Origin: an archaeon
GTDB lineage: Archaea; Nanobdellota; Nanobdellia; Woesearchaeales; GW2011-AR15
Assembly (NCBI GenBank): GCA_043801855.1
Contig: JAZDLQ010000017.1
Coordinates: 90,625 to 154,624 of the forward strand
Direction: 5' to 3'
Length of the DNA: 64,000 bases
Shown here in pieces: positions 10,264-19,082 of this stretch. Position numbers and translations under genes: made by a program. Each line of letters opens with the position of its first letter. Positions within the stretch are counted from its first letter, which is position 1. The notes beneath the pieces are model-generated. The model worked only from the letters and a program-made list of their open reading frames with translations, did no database searches and had not been told where the DNA came from.

Positions 10264-11097
10264 ATGATAATTCCTCCTTTAGATAATCCTGATGATGTTG
10301 ATTATGTTTCAGATTGGGTAGAATTATATGTTACTCTTAATAAAAATAGCATTTCAAAAGCAACATTAAAAAAAATAATTGAAGAAACTTCAGGGATGGA
10401 AACTGAAGATACATTTGTAGATTTTGTTTTTCAGAGGTTGCAAAATAGATCCTCCTTATATGGGAAGAATTCACCAATTGAAGCAGAAGGGAATTTAGTT
10501 GTTTCTAACATTAATTGGAAAAAGAACCCAGAATATGTTATGAATCTTTTGTTATCTTTATGGGGAAATAATGATGAAATAATAAAAACTGGTAAATTAT
10601 TTGAAAAATTTTCAGCAGAAGCAATAAAAAAATATACTAGCGGAGAGGTGATAATTTATGGACATCCCTCAAAACAGACAATAAAAGAAATATGTGACGA
10701 AATAAAAGAGGATTTTTGTAAAGAGCCCCCTCCACAAAGCAAAGATTCAGGAGTTGATGTTATTGCTTGGAAAAGTTTTGGTGATAATAAACCGAGTCAA
10801 CTAATAGTGCTATTTCAGTGTGCATCAGGTTTTAACTGGGATCAAAAGTTATTGGAAATTCCATTAAAAAGATGGTCAACGTATATTACATGGGTATGTG
10901 ACCCAGTTAAAGGATTTACTTTTCCAAAAATAATTCCTTATGAAAAATTTAAGCAGAAAGCTTATGATTGTGGTATATTATTTGATAGGGCAAGATTATA
11001 CAGATATACTTTTGATAGTGATATTCCTGATTTAAGAAGCGAAATTTTGGAATGGTGTAATGTACGATTAGAGGGTATAAAAAATGAAGTTTGTTGA
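10264..11097 (+). CDS. Putative PD-(D/E)xK restriction-endonuclease-fold protein
   Basis: FE...KDSGVDVIAWK...QCASG.NW pattern; coupled to neighbours. Confidence 0.55.
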   Translation: MIIPPLDNPDDVDYVSDWVELYVTLNKNSISKATLKKIIEETSGMETEDTFVDFVFQRLQNRSSLYGKNSPIEAEGNLVVSNINWKKNPEYVMNLLLSLWGNNDEIIKTGKLFEKFSAEAIKKYTSGEVIIYGHPSKQTIKEICDEIKEDFCKEPPPQSKDSGVDVIAWKSFGDNKPSQLIVLFQCASGFNWDQKLLEIPLKRWSTYITWVCDPVKGFTFPKIIPYEKFKQKAYDCGILFDRARLYRYTFDSDIPDLRSEILEWCNVRLEGIKNEVC

Positions 11098-12340
11098 TTT
11101 ATTTGCAGGATTAGGAGGATTTCATGTGGCCTTATCTTCATTAGGACATGAGTGTGTGTTTGCTTCAGAGATAAATAATTCATTAGCCAAGACCTATGAA
11201 AGAAATTTTGGGATTAAAGTTTACGGAGACATTACAAAAATTAAGGCTGATGAGATTCCAAAACATGATATACTCTGTGCAGGTTTTCCATGTCAACCTT
11301 TTTCAAAAGCAGGGAGGCAAAAAGGATTAAAAGATAAAAAAAATGGTAGTTTTTTTATAAAGGATGTTGCAAGAATTTTAGAATATCATAGGCCTAAATA
11401 TTTTATTTTAGAAAATGTGCCGCATCTTAAAAAACATGATCGTGAAAAAACATGGAAAATTATATTAGGAAAATTACAAGACCTTAATTATGATGTAAAA
11501 GAAACAATTTTATCCCCTCACGAGTTTGGCATTCCCCAAATAAGGAAAAGAATATTTATTGTAGGTTCATCAAAAAAATTAAATGATTTTGAATTCCCTA
11601 CACCCAAAATAGATGCGGAGTTAGATATTAGAAATATATTACTAAAATCAGAAAATAATAATAGGAAATTAAACGAAAAACAACTAAATTGTCTTGATTT
11701 GTGGCAACAAATAATCGATAAGATTCCAAAGGAAGATTCTTTACCTTCTTTTCCAATTTGGTCTATGGAATTTAGTGCAACCTATCCTTTTGAAGATAAA
11801 ACACCCCATAGCTCGAGTATTAAGGAATTACAAAAATCACGGGGAATATTTGGAAAATCTCTTAAAAACTTAAATAGAGAACAGATTTATTCTTACTTGC
11901 CTAGTTATGCAAAAATAGAACAAGACAAATTTCCTCAGTGGAAAATAAATTACATTAAACAAAATAGAGAATTTTATGATAAATATAAGGGTGTATTAAA
12001 GCCTTTCTTGAAAGAGTTAAATAAATTGTCTTCAAGTTGGCAAAAACTAGAGTGGAATTGTCAGAATGGAGAAAGAACAATTAAAAATTATATTTTGCAG
12101 TTTAGGGCATCAGGCATTAGAATAAAAAAAACAAATTATGCCCCCACTTTGGTTTTAACATCTACTCAGAGACCAATAATTGGTTGGGAAGAAAGATATA
12201 TTTCTCCTAGAGAAGCTGCAAAACTTCAAGCATTGGATGATATTGAGTTGCCTGATACAGAGTCTACTGCTTTTAGATCATTAGGAAATGCGGTTAATTC
12301 CAAAATTGTAAAAGTTATAGCTCTAAATTTAATCAAATAG
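11084..12340 (+). CDS. dcm: DNA (cytosine-5)-methyltransferase
   Basis: DLFAGLGG, GFPCQPFS, ENV, PQIRKRIF, GNAV. Confidence 0.96.
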   Translation: MKFVDLFAGLGGFHVALSSLGHECVFASEINNSLAKTYERNFGIKVYGDITKIKADEIPKHDILCAGFPCQPFSKAGRQKGLKDKKNGSFFIKDVARILEYHRPKYFILENVPHLKKHDREKTWKIILGKLQDLNYDVKETILSPHEFGIPQIRKRIFIVGSSKKLNDFEFPTPKIDAELDIRNILLKSENNNRKLNEKQLNCLDLWQQIIDKIPKEDSLPSFPIWSMEFSATYPFEDKTPHSSSIKELQKSRGIFGKSLKNLNREQIYSYLPSYAKIEQDKFPQWKINYIKQNREFYDKYKGVLKPFLKELNKLSSSWQKLEWNCQNGERTIKNYILQFRASGIRIKKTNYAPTLVLTSTQRPIIGWEERYISPREAAKLQALDDIELPDTESTAFRSLGNAVNSKIVKVIALNLIK

Positions 12341-12406
12341 TTTTTTCACCCCATTTAAATGTAATACTTTTCCGAAGGACTAGGAACCACCTCGTTTTAG
12401 TCAAAA

Positions 12407-12423
12407 GGAACTCAAATTTTACT
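12407..12423 (-). repeat. 17-bp inverted repeat, right copy (ggaactcaaattttact)
   Basis: Exact reverse complement of 8781-8797. Confidence 0.9.
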
Positions 12424-12635
12424 GAACTTATCGGAATTAAGCGAAATTTTATTACGCTTAATACTGGAATTTACTATAGGATATGCAATTTAATCTAATT
12501 GAAGGTAGTCTCATATTTCATGAATGAAGTACATTATGTCAAAATTGAAATATAGTGAAGGCGCAAAATAATTGAGCATAAGTATTATCAATAGCACCTT
12601 CACTTATTACGAAAAGCGCTCAGTTTTTTTGCGCT

Positions 12636-12746
12636 TTGAGTATAGATGCTATTGTAGATCAAGAGTGTAAACTCAAAGAATATTCACAAAAGACAAGAGA
12701 TACTTATCTACGTCACATTAAGAAATTTGCCATACACTTTTTTTAA
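12636..12746 (+). pseudogene. Tyrosine recombinase (Xer/integron-integrase type) N-terminal SAM-domain remnant
   Basis: Translates LSIDAIVDQECKLKEYSQKTRDTYLRHIKKFAIHFF*, matching the L+xYSxxTxxxYxxxIxxF pattern. Confidence 0.6.
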
Positions 12747-12760
12747 GTAAAGCCTGTCTT

Positions 12761-13165
12761 TCAAATCCCTGTCATTACTAACTTTCCGTGCTTTACGCCC
12801 TTTGTTGCAAGTATTGAATCTGAGAATTTGGTGATATCCTTCACCTTTCCTTCAAGTATTAATACCTCCATGCAGTTATCATCATCTATATGAACATGGA
12901 GCGTGCTCCTTATTATATTAGAATATTCGTGTTGCTTATGAGTTAATTCATGTTGTAAGTCATGTTTGTGGTGGTCAAATACCATAGTCAATGTCGCAAC
13001 CATTTTCTTATCAGGATCTTTTTGCTTTTCATAAATTAATGAATCCCTAATTAAATCCCTTATTGCCTCAGATCTATTCTTGTATCCTTTTGTTTTTGTC
13101 AATCTGTCAAATTCTTTAAGCTGCTCCGGATCAAATGCTATTCCTTTCCTTACTATTTTTTCCAT
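12761..13165 (-). CDS. nikR: Nickel-responsive regulator NikR
   Basis: RHH (GYKNRSEAIRDLIR) plus Ni-binding HxH..C (QHEY, LHVHIDDDNCME); AGGTGA RBS before ATG 13165. Confidence 0.95.
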   Translation of the reverse strand: MEKIVRKGIAFDPEQLKEFDRLTKTKGYKNRSEAIRDLIRDSLIYEKQKDPDKKMVATLTMVFDHHKHDLQHELTHKQHEYSNIIRSTLHVHIDDDNCMEVLILEGKVKDITKFSDSILATKGVKHGKLVMTGI

Positions 13166-13184
13166 TATTATCACCTGCATATTA

Positions 13185-13233
13185 GTAGCACGTATTTAAT
13201 ATAAAAGTGTTACGATTTTTTTATTCGTAGCAA
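13185..13233. promoter_or_regulatory. Putative NikR operator(s)
   Basis: GTAGCAC-N15-GTGTTAC-N13-GTAGCAA pseudo-palindromes between nikR and the divergent gene; extra GTAGCAA at 13267. Confidence 0.55.
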
Positions 13234-13297
13234 AAAGTTTATTAAGCCGCAATTTTTAATGGGATTGTAGCAATAGCGAAAGCATATAGCAGCAAAA

Positions 13298-13837
13298 ATG
13301 ATTAATAAGGAGTTTTTTAAAAAGAGGTTTAGTATATCTTATGCGTTGATATTTGCAATTATTTTGATTTTACTTATTCTTTTTTTCAGGAAAACGGCGA
13401 TTTATTTCATCCTTGTGCTTTTAACATCTGCTTTTGTTTATTTGAATTATTATATACACCTGCCTTTTGATCTTAGCCCTGTTCTTTTTTTATCACTGAT
13501 TATTACAAGAGAATATAATTTTTTTATGTCAATCCTCTATATTTTTGTGGCAGGAATACTTCCAATGGTTTTTGCAGGAGGAAGTTTTGACCATACAACC
13601 ATTTTTTACTTATCAATTATTATTGCAGTTAATTTTATTTCAATTTTTTTTATTTCTGTAAGCTTTATTATTGCAGCTCTAATATTAATCATTATCCACC
13701 ATATAATATGCGCTTTTGGAAGCATTTCATTTGGGACAAACCCTGCAAAAGAAGTAGTAAATATGATAACTAAGATTGCTGTAGATGGGTTTTATATCCT
13801 GAATTTTTCAGTTATAGTAATAAGTATTATTCATTAA
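13298..13837 (+). CDS. Multi-pass membrane protein (ECF S-component-sized; candidate Ni uptake)
   Basis: 179 aa, ~5-6 hydrophobic helices, divergent from nikR. Confidence 0.55.
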   Translation: MINKEFFKKRFSISYALIFAIILILLILFFRKTAIYFILVLLTSAFVYLNYYIHLPFDLSPVLFLSLIITREYNFFMSILYIFVAGILPMVFAGGSFDHTTIFYLSIIIAVNFISIFFISVSFIIAALILIIIHHIICAFGSISFGTNPAKEVVNMITKIAVDGFYILNFSVIVISIIH

Positions 13838-13862
13838 CAGAAAAAATAGTCAATAGTAGCTA

Positions 13863-14612
13863 CTAATGATTGTGTGCATGCTTCAGCAGATGCTCTCTTT
13901 CATGCATTAAATAATGGGCGGCGTTTCCGAACGACTCTTGATTTTTCGAGGAGACTCTGATAATATTTGCTTTCCCATTGATATTCCTTAAATCCCTTAG
14001 ATATATTTTCTCGTTAAAATTTACATATTTTGCAAGATCAGATTTTGATATAACTATAATATTAGCATCCATGAATATGTAAGGATATTTTTTTGGCTTG
14101 TCAAATCCTTCAGTAGTGCTGCTGATGACTATATTTATGTGCTGCCCTATTTTTACTCCGGCAGGGCATACAAGATTGCCTACATTTTCTATTATTAGGT
14201 AATTTTTTCCTGAAAGGTCCATTTCCTGAATTGCTTGATTAATCATCATTGAATTGAGATGGCAGCCGCTGTGGGTGTTAATCTGATATGTGTAAATATT
14301 ACTTGCTTCAAGCCTTTTTTTGTCAATGTCAGATTCCAAATCTCCTTGTATTACAGCAATTTCAGCAGAAGGAATATGTTTGCTTATTCCTTCTATAAAG
14401 CTTGTTTTTCCGCAGCCGGGCGAGCCCATTAGGTTAATGCATAATATATTTTTTGCTTTCAGCCTGGATTTTATTTGATCTGAAAGAAAATCATTCATTT
14501 CTGTGACAGATTCATTGATTAAAAAGCTTTTTTCATTCTTAGAAACTTTTCTCACCTTTTTTTTTACATTATTTTTATGCTTTTTTTCTTCACATCCGCA
14601 TTCTTTGCACAT
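13863..14612 (-). CDS. hypB: Hydrogenase nickel-insertion GTPase HypB
   Basis: MCKECGC, GSPGCGKT, GCHL, ENVGNLVCPA, DKPKKYP; His-rich C-terminus. Confidence 0.96.
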   Translation of the reverse strand: MCKECGCEEKKHKNNVKKKVRKVSKNEKSFLINESVTEMNDFLSDQIKSRLKAKNILCINLMGSPGCGKTSFIEGISKHIPSAEIAVIQGDLESDIDKKRLEASNIYTYQINTHSGCHLNSMMINQAIQEMDLSGKNYLIIENVGNLVCPAGVKIGQHINIVISSTTEGFDKPKKYPYIFMDANIIVISKSDLAKYVNFNEKIYLRDLRNINGKANIIRVSSKNQESFGNAAHYLMHEREHLLKHAHNH

Positions 14613-14614
14613 AA

Positions 14615-14962
14615 TTATCCCTCTATGATTTTTTTTATTATAAAATTTCTTCCCTGAATTATCTTGACATTACCTGACTTGCACTCTTTGCAATAGACAA
14701 GTATTGGCTCATTGACAAGGTTTATCTTTTTGCATTCGTTGCATCTGATTTTGCCTTTTATCTCTTTAAATTGTAATTCTGTTTCTTTAAGTAAAGTTTC
14801 CTCTTTTTTCATTATGCCATAATAAAATACAATTGGTTCTTTCTTATAATTTGTAAGCATGCCAAGTTCAAGCATAATTTTTTTAGGTTTTTTTATTTTT
14901 TTTTCTTTACATTCTCTAATTATCTTTGTTACAAGCGCTTTAGTTATTGACAATTCATGCAT
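14615..14962 (-). CDS. hypA: Hydrogenase nickel chaperone HypA
   Basis: MHE start, CNEC and CKEC zinc motifs. Confidence 0.95.
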   Translation of the reverse strand: MHELSITKALVTKIIRECKEKKIKKPKKIMLELGMLTNYKKEPIVFYYGIMKKEETLLKETELQFKEIKGKIRCNECKKINLVNEPILVYCKECKSGNVKIIQGRNFIIKKIIEG

Positions 14963-14996
14963 TTTATTTTTCAAATTGTTTTTATATCAATTCTAT

Positions 14997-15974
14997 TTAG
15001 CATATTCTAGGAACAATTCTTCCGGTTGGCTTTGGAAGGATGCTTTTTCCAATGGCAGTATTTAAAATAACTTTTTTGCTATTGTCTATTTTGCCTATTA
15101 TTGCAGCGTACTTATTGTATTTTTGCAGAAGTTCAAGAATTTTTTTTGCATTCTCCTGCGATGCTACAACTATTGCTCTTCCCTCGCACGCAAGATTAAA
15201 TAAGTTAATGCCGAGCATCTCTGCAACTTTTTTAACCTGCGGCAATGCAGGAATTGAATCTTCATCTAATGATATGCCTACGTTATTTTGCTCGCAAATC
15301 TCATTTAGTGACGCTGCTATTCCTCCGCGTGTAGGGTCTTTTGCAATTTTTACATATTTTCTTATATCATTGAATTCCATAATTAATGGCTTTGAATCAG
15401 TTATCACATTTGTCTCGTAATCAAACCTTTTGCTTAGGAGTGCAATTGCATGCTCGCCTATTCCTCCGCTGATAATTACTGCATCGCCATTGTTTAATAC
15501 ATCTGAAAAAATTCTGTCTGATATTCCTACAGCTGCTGTGTTAATTATAATCTTATCGATTTTTCCCTTTGGCATAACTTTTGTGTCTCCTGTCACAATC
15601 GGCACATTATACCTGGCTGATAGCTCTTTTATAGTGTTGATAATAACTGATAGGTTTTCGGTCGAGAAACCCTCTTCAATCACTAAAGACAGCGCAATTC
15701 CTATTGGAATACCTCCCTTAACCAGTATGTCATTTACTGTTCCGCAAAATGCAAGATGCCCAATATTGCCGCCAGGAAAAAAAATTGGGTCAACAACATA
15801 AGAATCTGTTGTAAAAAATAATTTTTTTTTGTTTTCCAGTTCATATGTTGCAGAATCGCTGTCGCAGTTTTTCCAGTTGCTCCGAAATGAGAAGCCAAAT
15901 GAATTTATCAATTGGTCCATCTCGCTTCCTCCTGCTCCTTCTGCAAGTGTGATTACTTTTTTTTCTTCTTTCAT
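14997..15974 (-). CDS. hypE: HypE carbamoyl dehydratase
   Basis: TDSYVVDPIFFPGGNIG, GDTKV, DPTRGG, C-terminal PRIC. Confidence 0.97.
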   Translation of the reverse strand: MKEEKKVITLAEGAGGSEMDQLINSFGFSFRSNWKNCDSDSATYELENKKKLFFTTDSYVVDPIFFPGGNIGHLAFCGTVNDILVKGGIPIGIALSLVIEEGFSTENLSVIINTIKELSARYNVPIVTGDTKVMPKGKIDKIIINTAAVGISDRIFSDVLNNGDAVIISGGIGEHAIALLSKRFDYETNVITDSKPLIMEFNDIRKYVKIAKDPTRGGIAASLNEICEQNNVGISLDEDSIPALPQVKKVAEMLGINLFNLACEGRAIVVASQENAKKILELLQKYNKYAAIIGKIDNSKKVILNTAIGKSILPKPTGRIVPRIC

Positions 15975-15990
15975 CTTTTTTATTTAGTTC

Positions 15991-17019
15991 TCATTTTCCG
16001 TGCCTATAATAAATTGAGCATGTCCCTTCTTCTGATACCATGCATGCGCCTTGTGGATTACTTGGTGTGCAGACTTTTTTATAAAGAGGACATGATACAG
16101 GTTCAATTGTTCCCTTTAATATATCTCCACATCTGCATCCGGCGCTTTTTTTTGTGACAACTTTTGACAATATTTCTTTGTATTTAACTTTCGCATTCAA
16201 TTTATCATCTTTTACTTCAAGGCCGGAATTTTGTATTGTACCAAGGCCTCTCCAAACACTATCTGCAACATAAAATTTTTCAGCAAGAAGCTTTTGCGCA
16301 TTAACATTTCCATCTTCCTGGACAATTTCAGGATATGCATTTATTGTTTTTTTTCTCCCTTGAATGATTAATTCAAGAAGTGCGCTGATTCCCCTTAATA
16401 TTTTTTCAGGTGTGAATCCGCTTATCGCTGATGCGATATTTAACTTATCGTATGCCTTCCTGCCAATTATTGCAGAGACGTGGCCTGGCGATATGAATCC
16501 ATCAATTGCATCGTTTTCGCAAACAAGGGCAGATATAGCAGGCGGAACAAGCTTATGGACTGAATAAACACAAATGCCTTTGTTCAATAAATAGGCAGTC
16601 ATCGGAGCTGTTGTCTCAAATCCAACTCCAAAAAAAACAATATTTGGATACCTTTCAACAAGTGCTAACACTTCAGAAGCAGAATACACTTCAAAGACAT
16701 TTCCTTGCATTGCTTTTGCATCTTCAAGAGAATACTCACTTCCGGGAACACGCATCATGTCACCATACGTTGCAATAGGGATAGAGCTCATTGCAAGGCT
16801 TATCATACAGTCAATATCATGCTGGGAAGAAACACAGACAGGGCATCCTGGCCCGGATATAAGCCTTATATTTTTAGGGAGAATATCTCTTATTCCGTAT
16901 TTTACAATAACATTTGTATGGCCGCCGCATATTTCCATAATCGTAATATTTTTTTTTGCCTTTTTGGCAAGAATATTTATTTTTTCAATATGTTTTTTAA
17001 TAATAGCAGCGTCTTCCAT
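15991..17019 (-). CDS. hypD: HypD
   Basis: CGGHT, GPGCPVC, GFETT, PGHVS, CMVSEEGTC. Confidence 0.97.
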   Translation of the reverse strand: MEDAAIIKKHIEKINILAKKAKKNITIMEICGGHTNVIVKYGIRDILPKNIRLISGPGCPVCVSSQHDIDCMISLAMSSIPIATYGDMMRVPGSEYSLEDAKAMQGNVFEVYSASEVLALVERYPNIVFFGVGFETTAPMTAYLLNKGICVYSVHKLVPPAISALVCENDAIDGFISPGHVSAIIGRKAYDKLNIASAISGFTPEKILRGISALLELIIQGRKKTINAYPEIVQEDGNVNAQKLLAEKFYVADSVWRGLGTIQNSGLEVKDDKLNAKVKYKEILSKVVTKKSAGCRCGDILKGTIEPVSCPLYKKVCTPSNPQGACMVSEEGTCSIYYRHGK

Positions 17020-17020
17020 C

Positions 17021-17257
17021 TTATTTAAATTTGTTTTTTTTTATCCTCTCGATATCGTGCCTGATGATCTCAATTGACTCTTCTGCACTTTTTTTGTCAA
17101 GCTTTTCAATAGCAAATCCGGCATGGATAAGGATATAATCTCCGAGTTTTGGATTGTCTATTAATGATAAATTTATTTTTTTGGTGACACCGCCATAATC
17201 TACATTGGCAGTATCAGATTGAATGCTTATTATTTTTGCAGGTATTGCGTAGCACAT
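17021..17257 (-). CDS. hypC: HypC
   Basis: MCYAIPA start, LIHAGFAI. Confidence 0.96.
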   Translation of the reverse strand: MCYAIPAKIISIQSDTANVDYGGVTKKINLSLIDNPKLGDYILIHAGFAIEKLDKKSAEESIEIIRHDIERIKKNKFK

Positions 17258-17258
17258 A

Positions 17259-17729
17259 TTAGTTTCCGGATGAAGCTCCAAGTTTGATTATATTATTTAC
17301 TACATTATCTTTAATGTTTTCAAATTTTAACAATATCTCATCAGATAATTTGTTATAAAAAGGCTTTGTATCTTTTACATTAATTCCTATAAGGAATACT
17401 CCCTTAATATTCGGCTTGTATGCTTTTATTAGCTGTGCAGTTTCTTCAACACCAAAGTCGTGGATTGAGCCAATATTCATACTTGATTTTAGGTTTTCTG
17501 CTCTTATTACTTTAACAGTTCCTATTTTGCCTTTTTCTTTCATTGAGTCTACTATAATGACTGTATCGTTATCTTCGATATAAGAAATTATGTCAAATCC
17601 AAGAACACCTGCTTCCAAAAGTTCAAATCCAGTAAGCCGCTCGTCTTTTTCAAGCTCCGAATATAGCTTAGGCCCAATGCCATCATCTCCTCCAAAAGTG
17701 TTACCGACAAAAAAGACCTTAACAACCAT
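17259..17729 (-). CDS. Hydrogenase maturation endopeptidase (HybD/HycI family)
   Basis: GN..GDDGIG, IIVDS, SIHD. Confidence 0.9.
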   Translation of the reverse strand: MVVKVFFVGNTFGGDDGIGPKLYSELEKDERLTGFELLEAGVLGFDIISYIEDNDTVIIVDSMKEKGKIGTVKVIRAENLKSSMNIGSIHDFGVEETAQLIKAYKPNIKGVFLIGINVKDTKPFYNKLSDEILLKFENIKDNVVNNIIKLGASSGN

Positions 17730-17812
17730 ACTAAACCCAAAAAGGAATTAATGCTTAAATAAGCTTTGTTTTTAAGGAGTTAAAAAGCGCGCCAATAATT
17801 AATGCATAACTG

Positions 17813-18439
17813 CTAATTGCCAAGAGCTTTGCTTATCGCTTTTTTAAATCTGTCAAGAGATTTAAGCCCAAAAATTATTGCAAACTCTCCAACCAAAGAA
17901 TATTTTTTTACATTGAACTTGGTCTGGAGTATAAGCATATCTTCTGAAGCATAAGGAGAAATTCCTTTAGCAAGAAACCTAAAGACAAGCTCTTTTTTAT
18001 TAATCTGCACAAGCGGATCTGTTTGGATAAAGTTCATATTTAAGAAAGTTCCAAGCGCATTAATATAAGACTCAGATAAGCTAATCCCTATAGCCTTAAA
18101 TTTTTCTTCGCATTCAAGCGTAATTGTTTTTGTTGTGCCTATTGGGTTTTTTTCAATTAAATCAAGCAGCACAGTTGAAAATTTTCTGTCAAATACTGTA
18201 ATTATGCTTCCGAGAGCATCACCTTTCACTCTGAGAAAAACAGAAACAACAGGATCGTTACTCTGCTGCTTGTATTCATTGACAAGGTTTTTAGAGTCAA
18301 TTATTTTTATTTCGGTTAAGTTCATTTCGACCTTTTCATTGACCATCTGAGACAATCTTATTGCTGCGTTGCCTGAGCCGATATTTCCTACTTCTTTCAT
18401 TGCATCAATTTCAAAATCACTTAGCTTATTTTGGTCCAT
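17813..18439 (-). CDS. cheC: CheC-family protein (paralogue 1; second site degenerate)
   Basis: DAMKEVGNIGSGNAA; second ExxN site absent. Confidence 0.85.
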   Translation of the reverse strand: MDQNKLSDFEIDAMKEVGNIGSGNAAIRLSQMVNEKVEMNLTEIKIIDSKNLVNEYKQQSNDPVVSVFLRVKGDALGSIITVFDRKFSTVLLDLIEKNPIGTTKTITLECEEKFKAIGISLSESYINALGTFLNMNFIQTDPLVQINKKELVFRFLAKGISPYASEDMLILQTKFNVKKYSLVGEFAIIFGLKSLDRFKKAISKALGN

Positions 18440-18982
18440 TTATTCACTCCATGTTTTCATTTCATCTGCAATTTTTGATATTTCGGAAACCAGCAGCAGG
18501 TTTTCACTTCCTGTAAATACAATTACAGAGAACTTTTTTTTCTGGCTTTCGGTTTTAAGATATAACAGTGATTTCACTATTTTCTCAATAGAATTATAAT
18601 ATAATGCAATATCAATAATATCTATTGCAACAAAGCTTGGGCTGTATTTCAAAAAGATAGAATCAAGGCTTTCAATTATTCCGTCAAGGTCATTTGGATT
18701 CATAAGGTAGAATATGCTATCATCATCAGGCATTTCATCAGCTCTCACACAAACAGCGTCAATAAATGCAAGATTTGATGTGTCAATGCCTTTTGAGGCT
18801 ATTTTTTTTTTATCATTAAAAGATGGATTTCGAAAGTTAATTATCACACCGCTTGAAACTTTGCTAATAGCAGAAATCAGGCTTAAGTAACAATTAGTAA
18901 GCTGCGAAGGTTTTGCTTTCACTAAATAAAAACCAGGTGTTTCAGTGATATTTTTTATTAATTTATCCTCAAAACTTGTCAT
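18440..18982 (-). CDS. Degenerate RecA/KaiC-fold protein lacking Walker A (DUF835/DUF7504-like)
   Basis: FIDA, FVAID..ALYYN pattern; paralogous to 34628-35164. Confidence 0.6.
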   Translation of the reverse strand: MTSFEDKLIKNITETPGFYLVKAKPSQLTNCYLSLISAISKVSSGVIINFRNPSFNDKKKIASKGIDTSNLAFIDAVCVRADEMPDDDSIFYLMNPNDLDGIIESLDSIFLKYSPSFVAIDIIDIALYYNSIEKIVKSLLYLKTESQKKKFSVIVFTGSENLLLVSEISKIADEMKTWSE

Positions 18983-19082
18983 TGCGTTATTTCTATTTAT
19001 TTGTTACTATATAAATATTTTGACTTTAAAAATTTGTTTAATAAGATAATAAGAATTTGATAAAAAAATAAAAAATATTTTT

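Larger units (their letters stand above)
5858..12760. mobile_element. Defence island inserted between hypF and nikR
   Basis: Two methylase cassettes with related leaders, 17-bp inverted repeat, recombinase relic; interrupts the hydrogenase maturation cluster; boundaries approximate. Confidence 0.6.

Noticed and set aside
8781-12423. Autonomous IS/transposon
   Set aside because: Inverted repeats present, but no transposase and no clear target-site duplication
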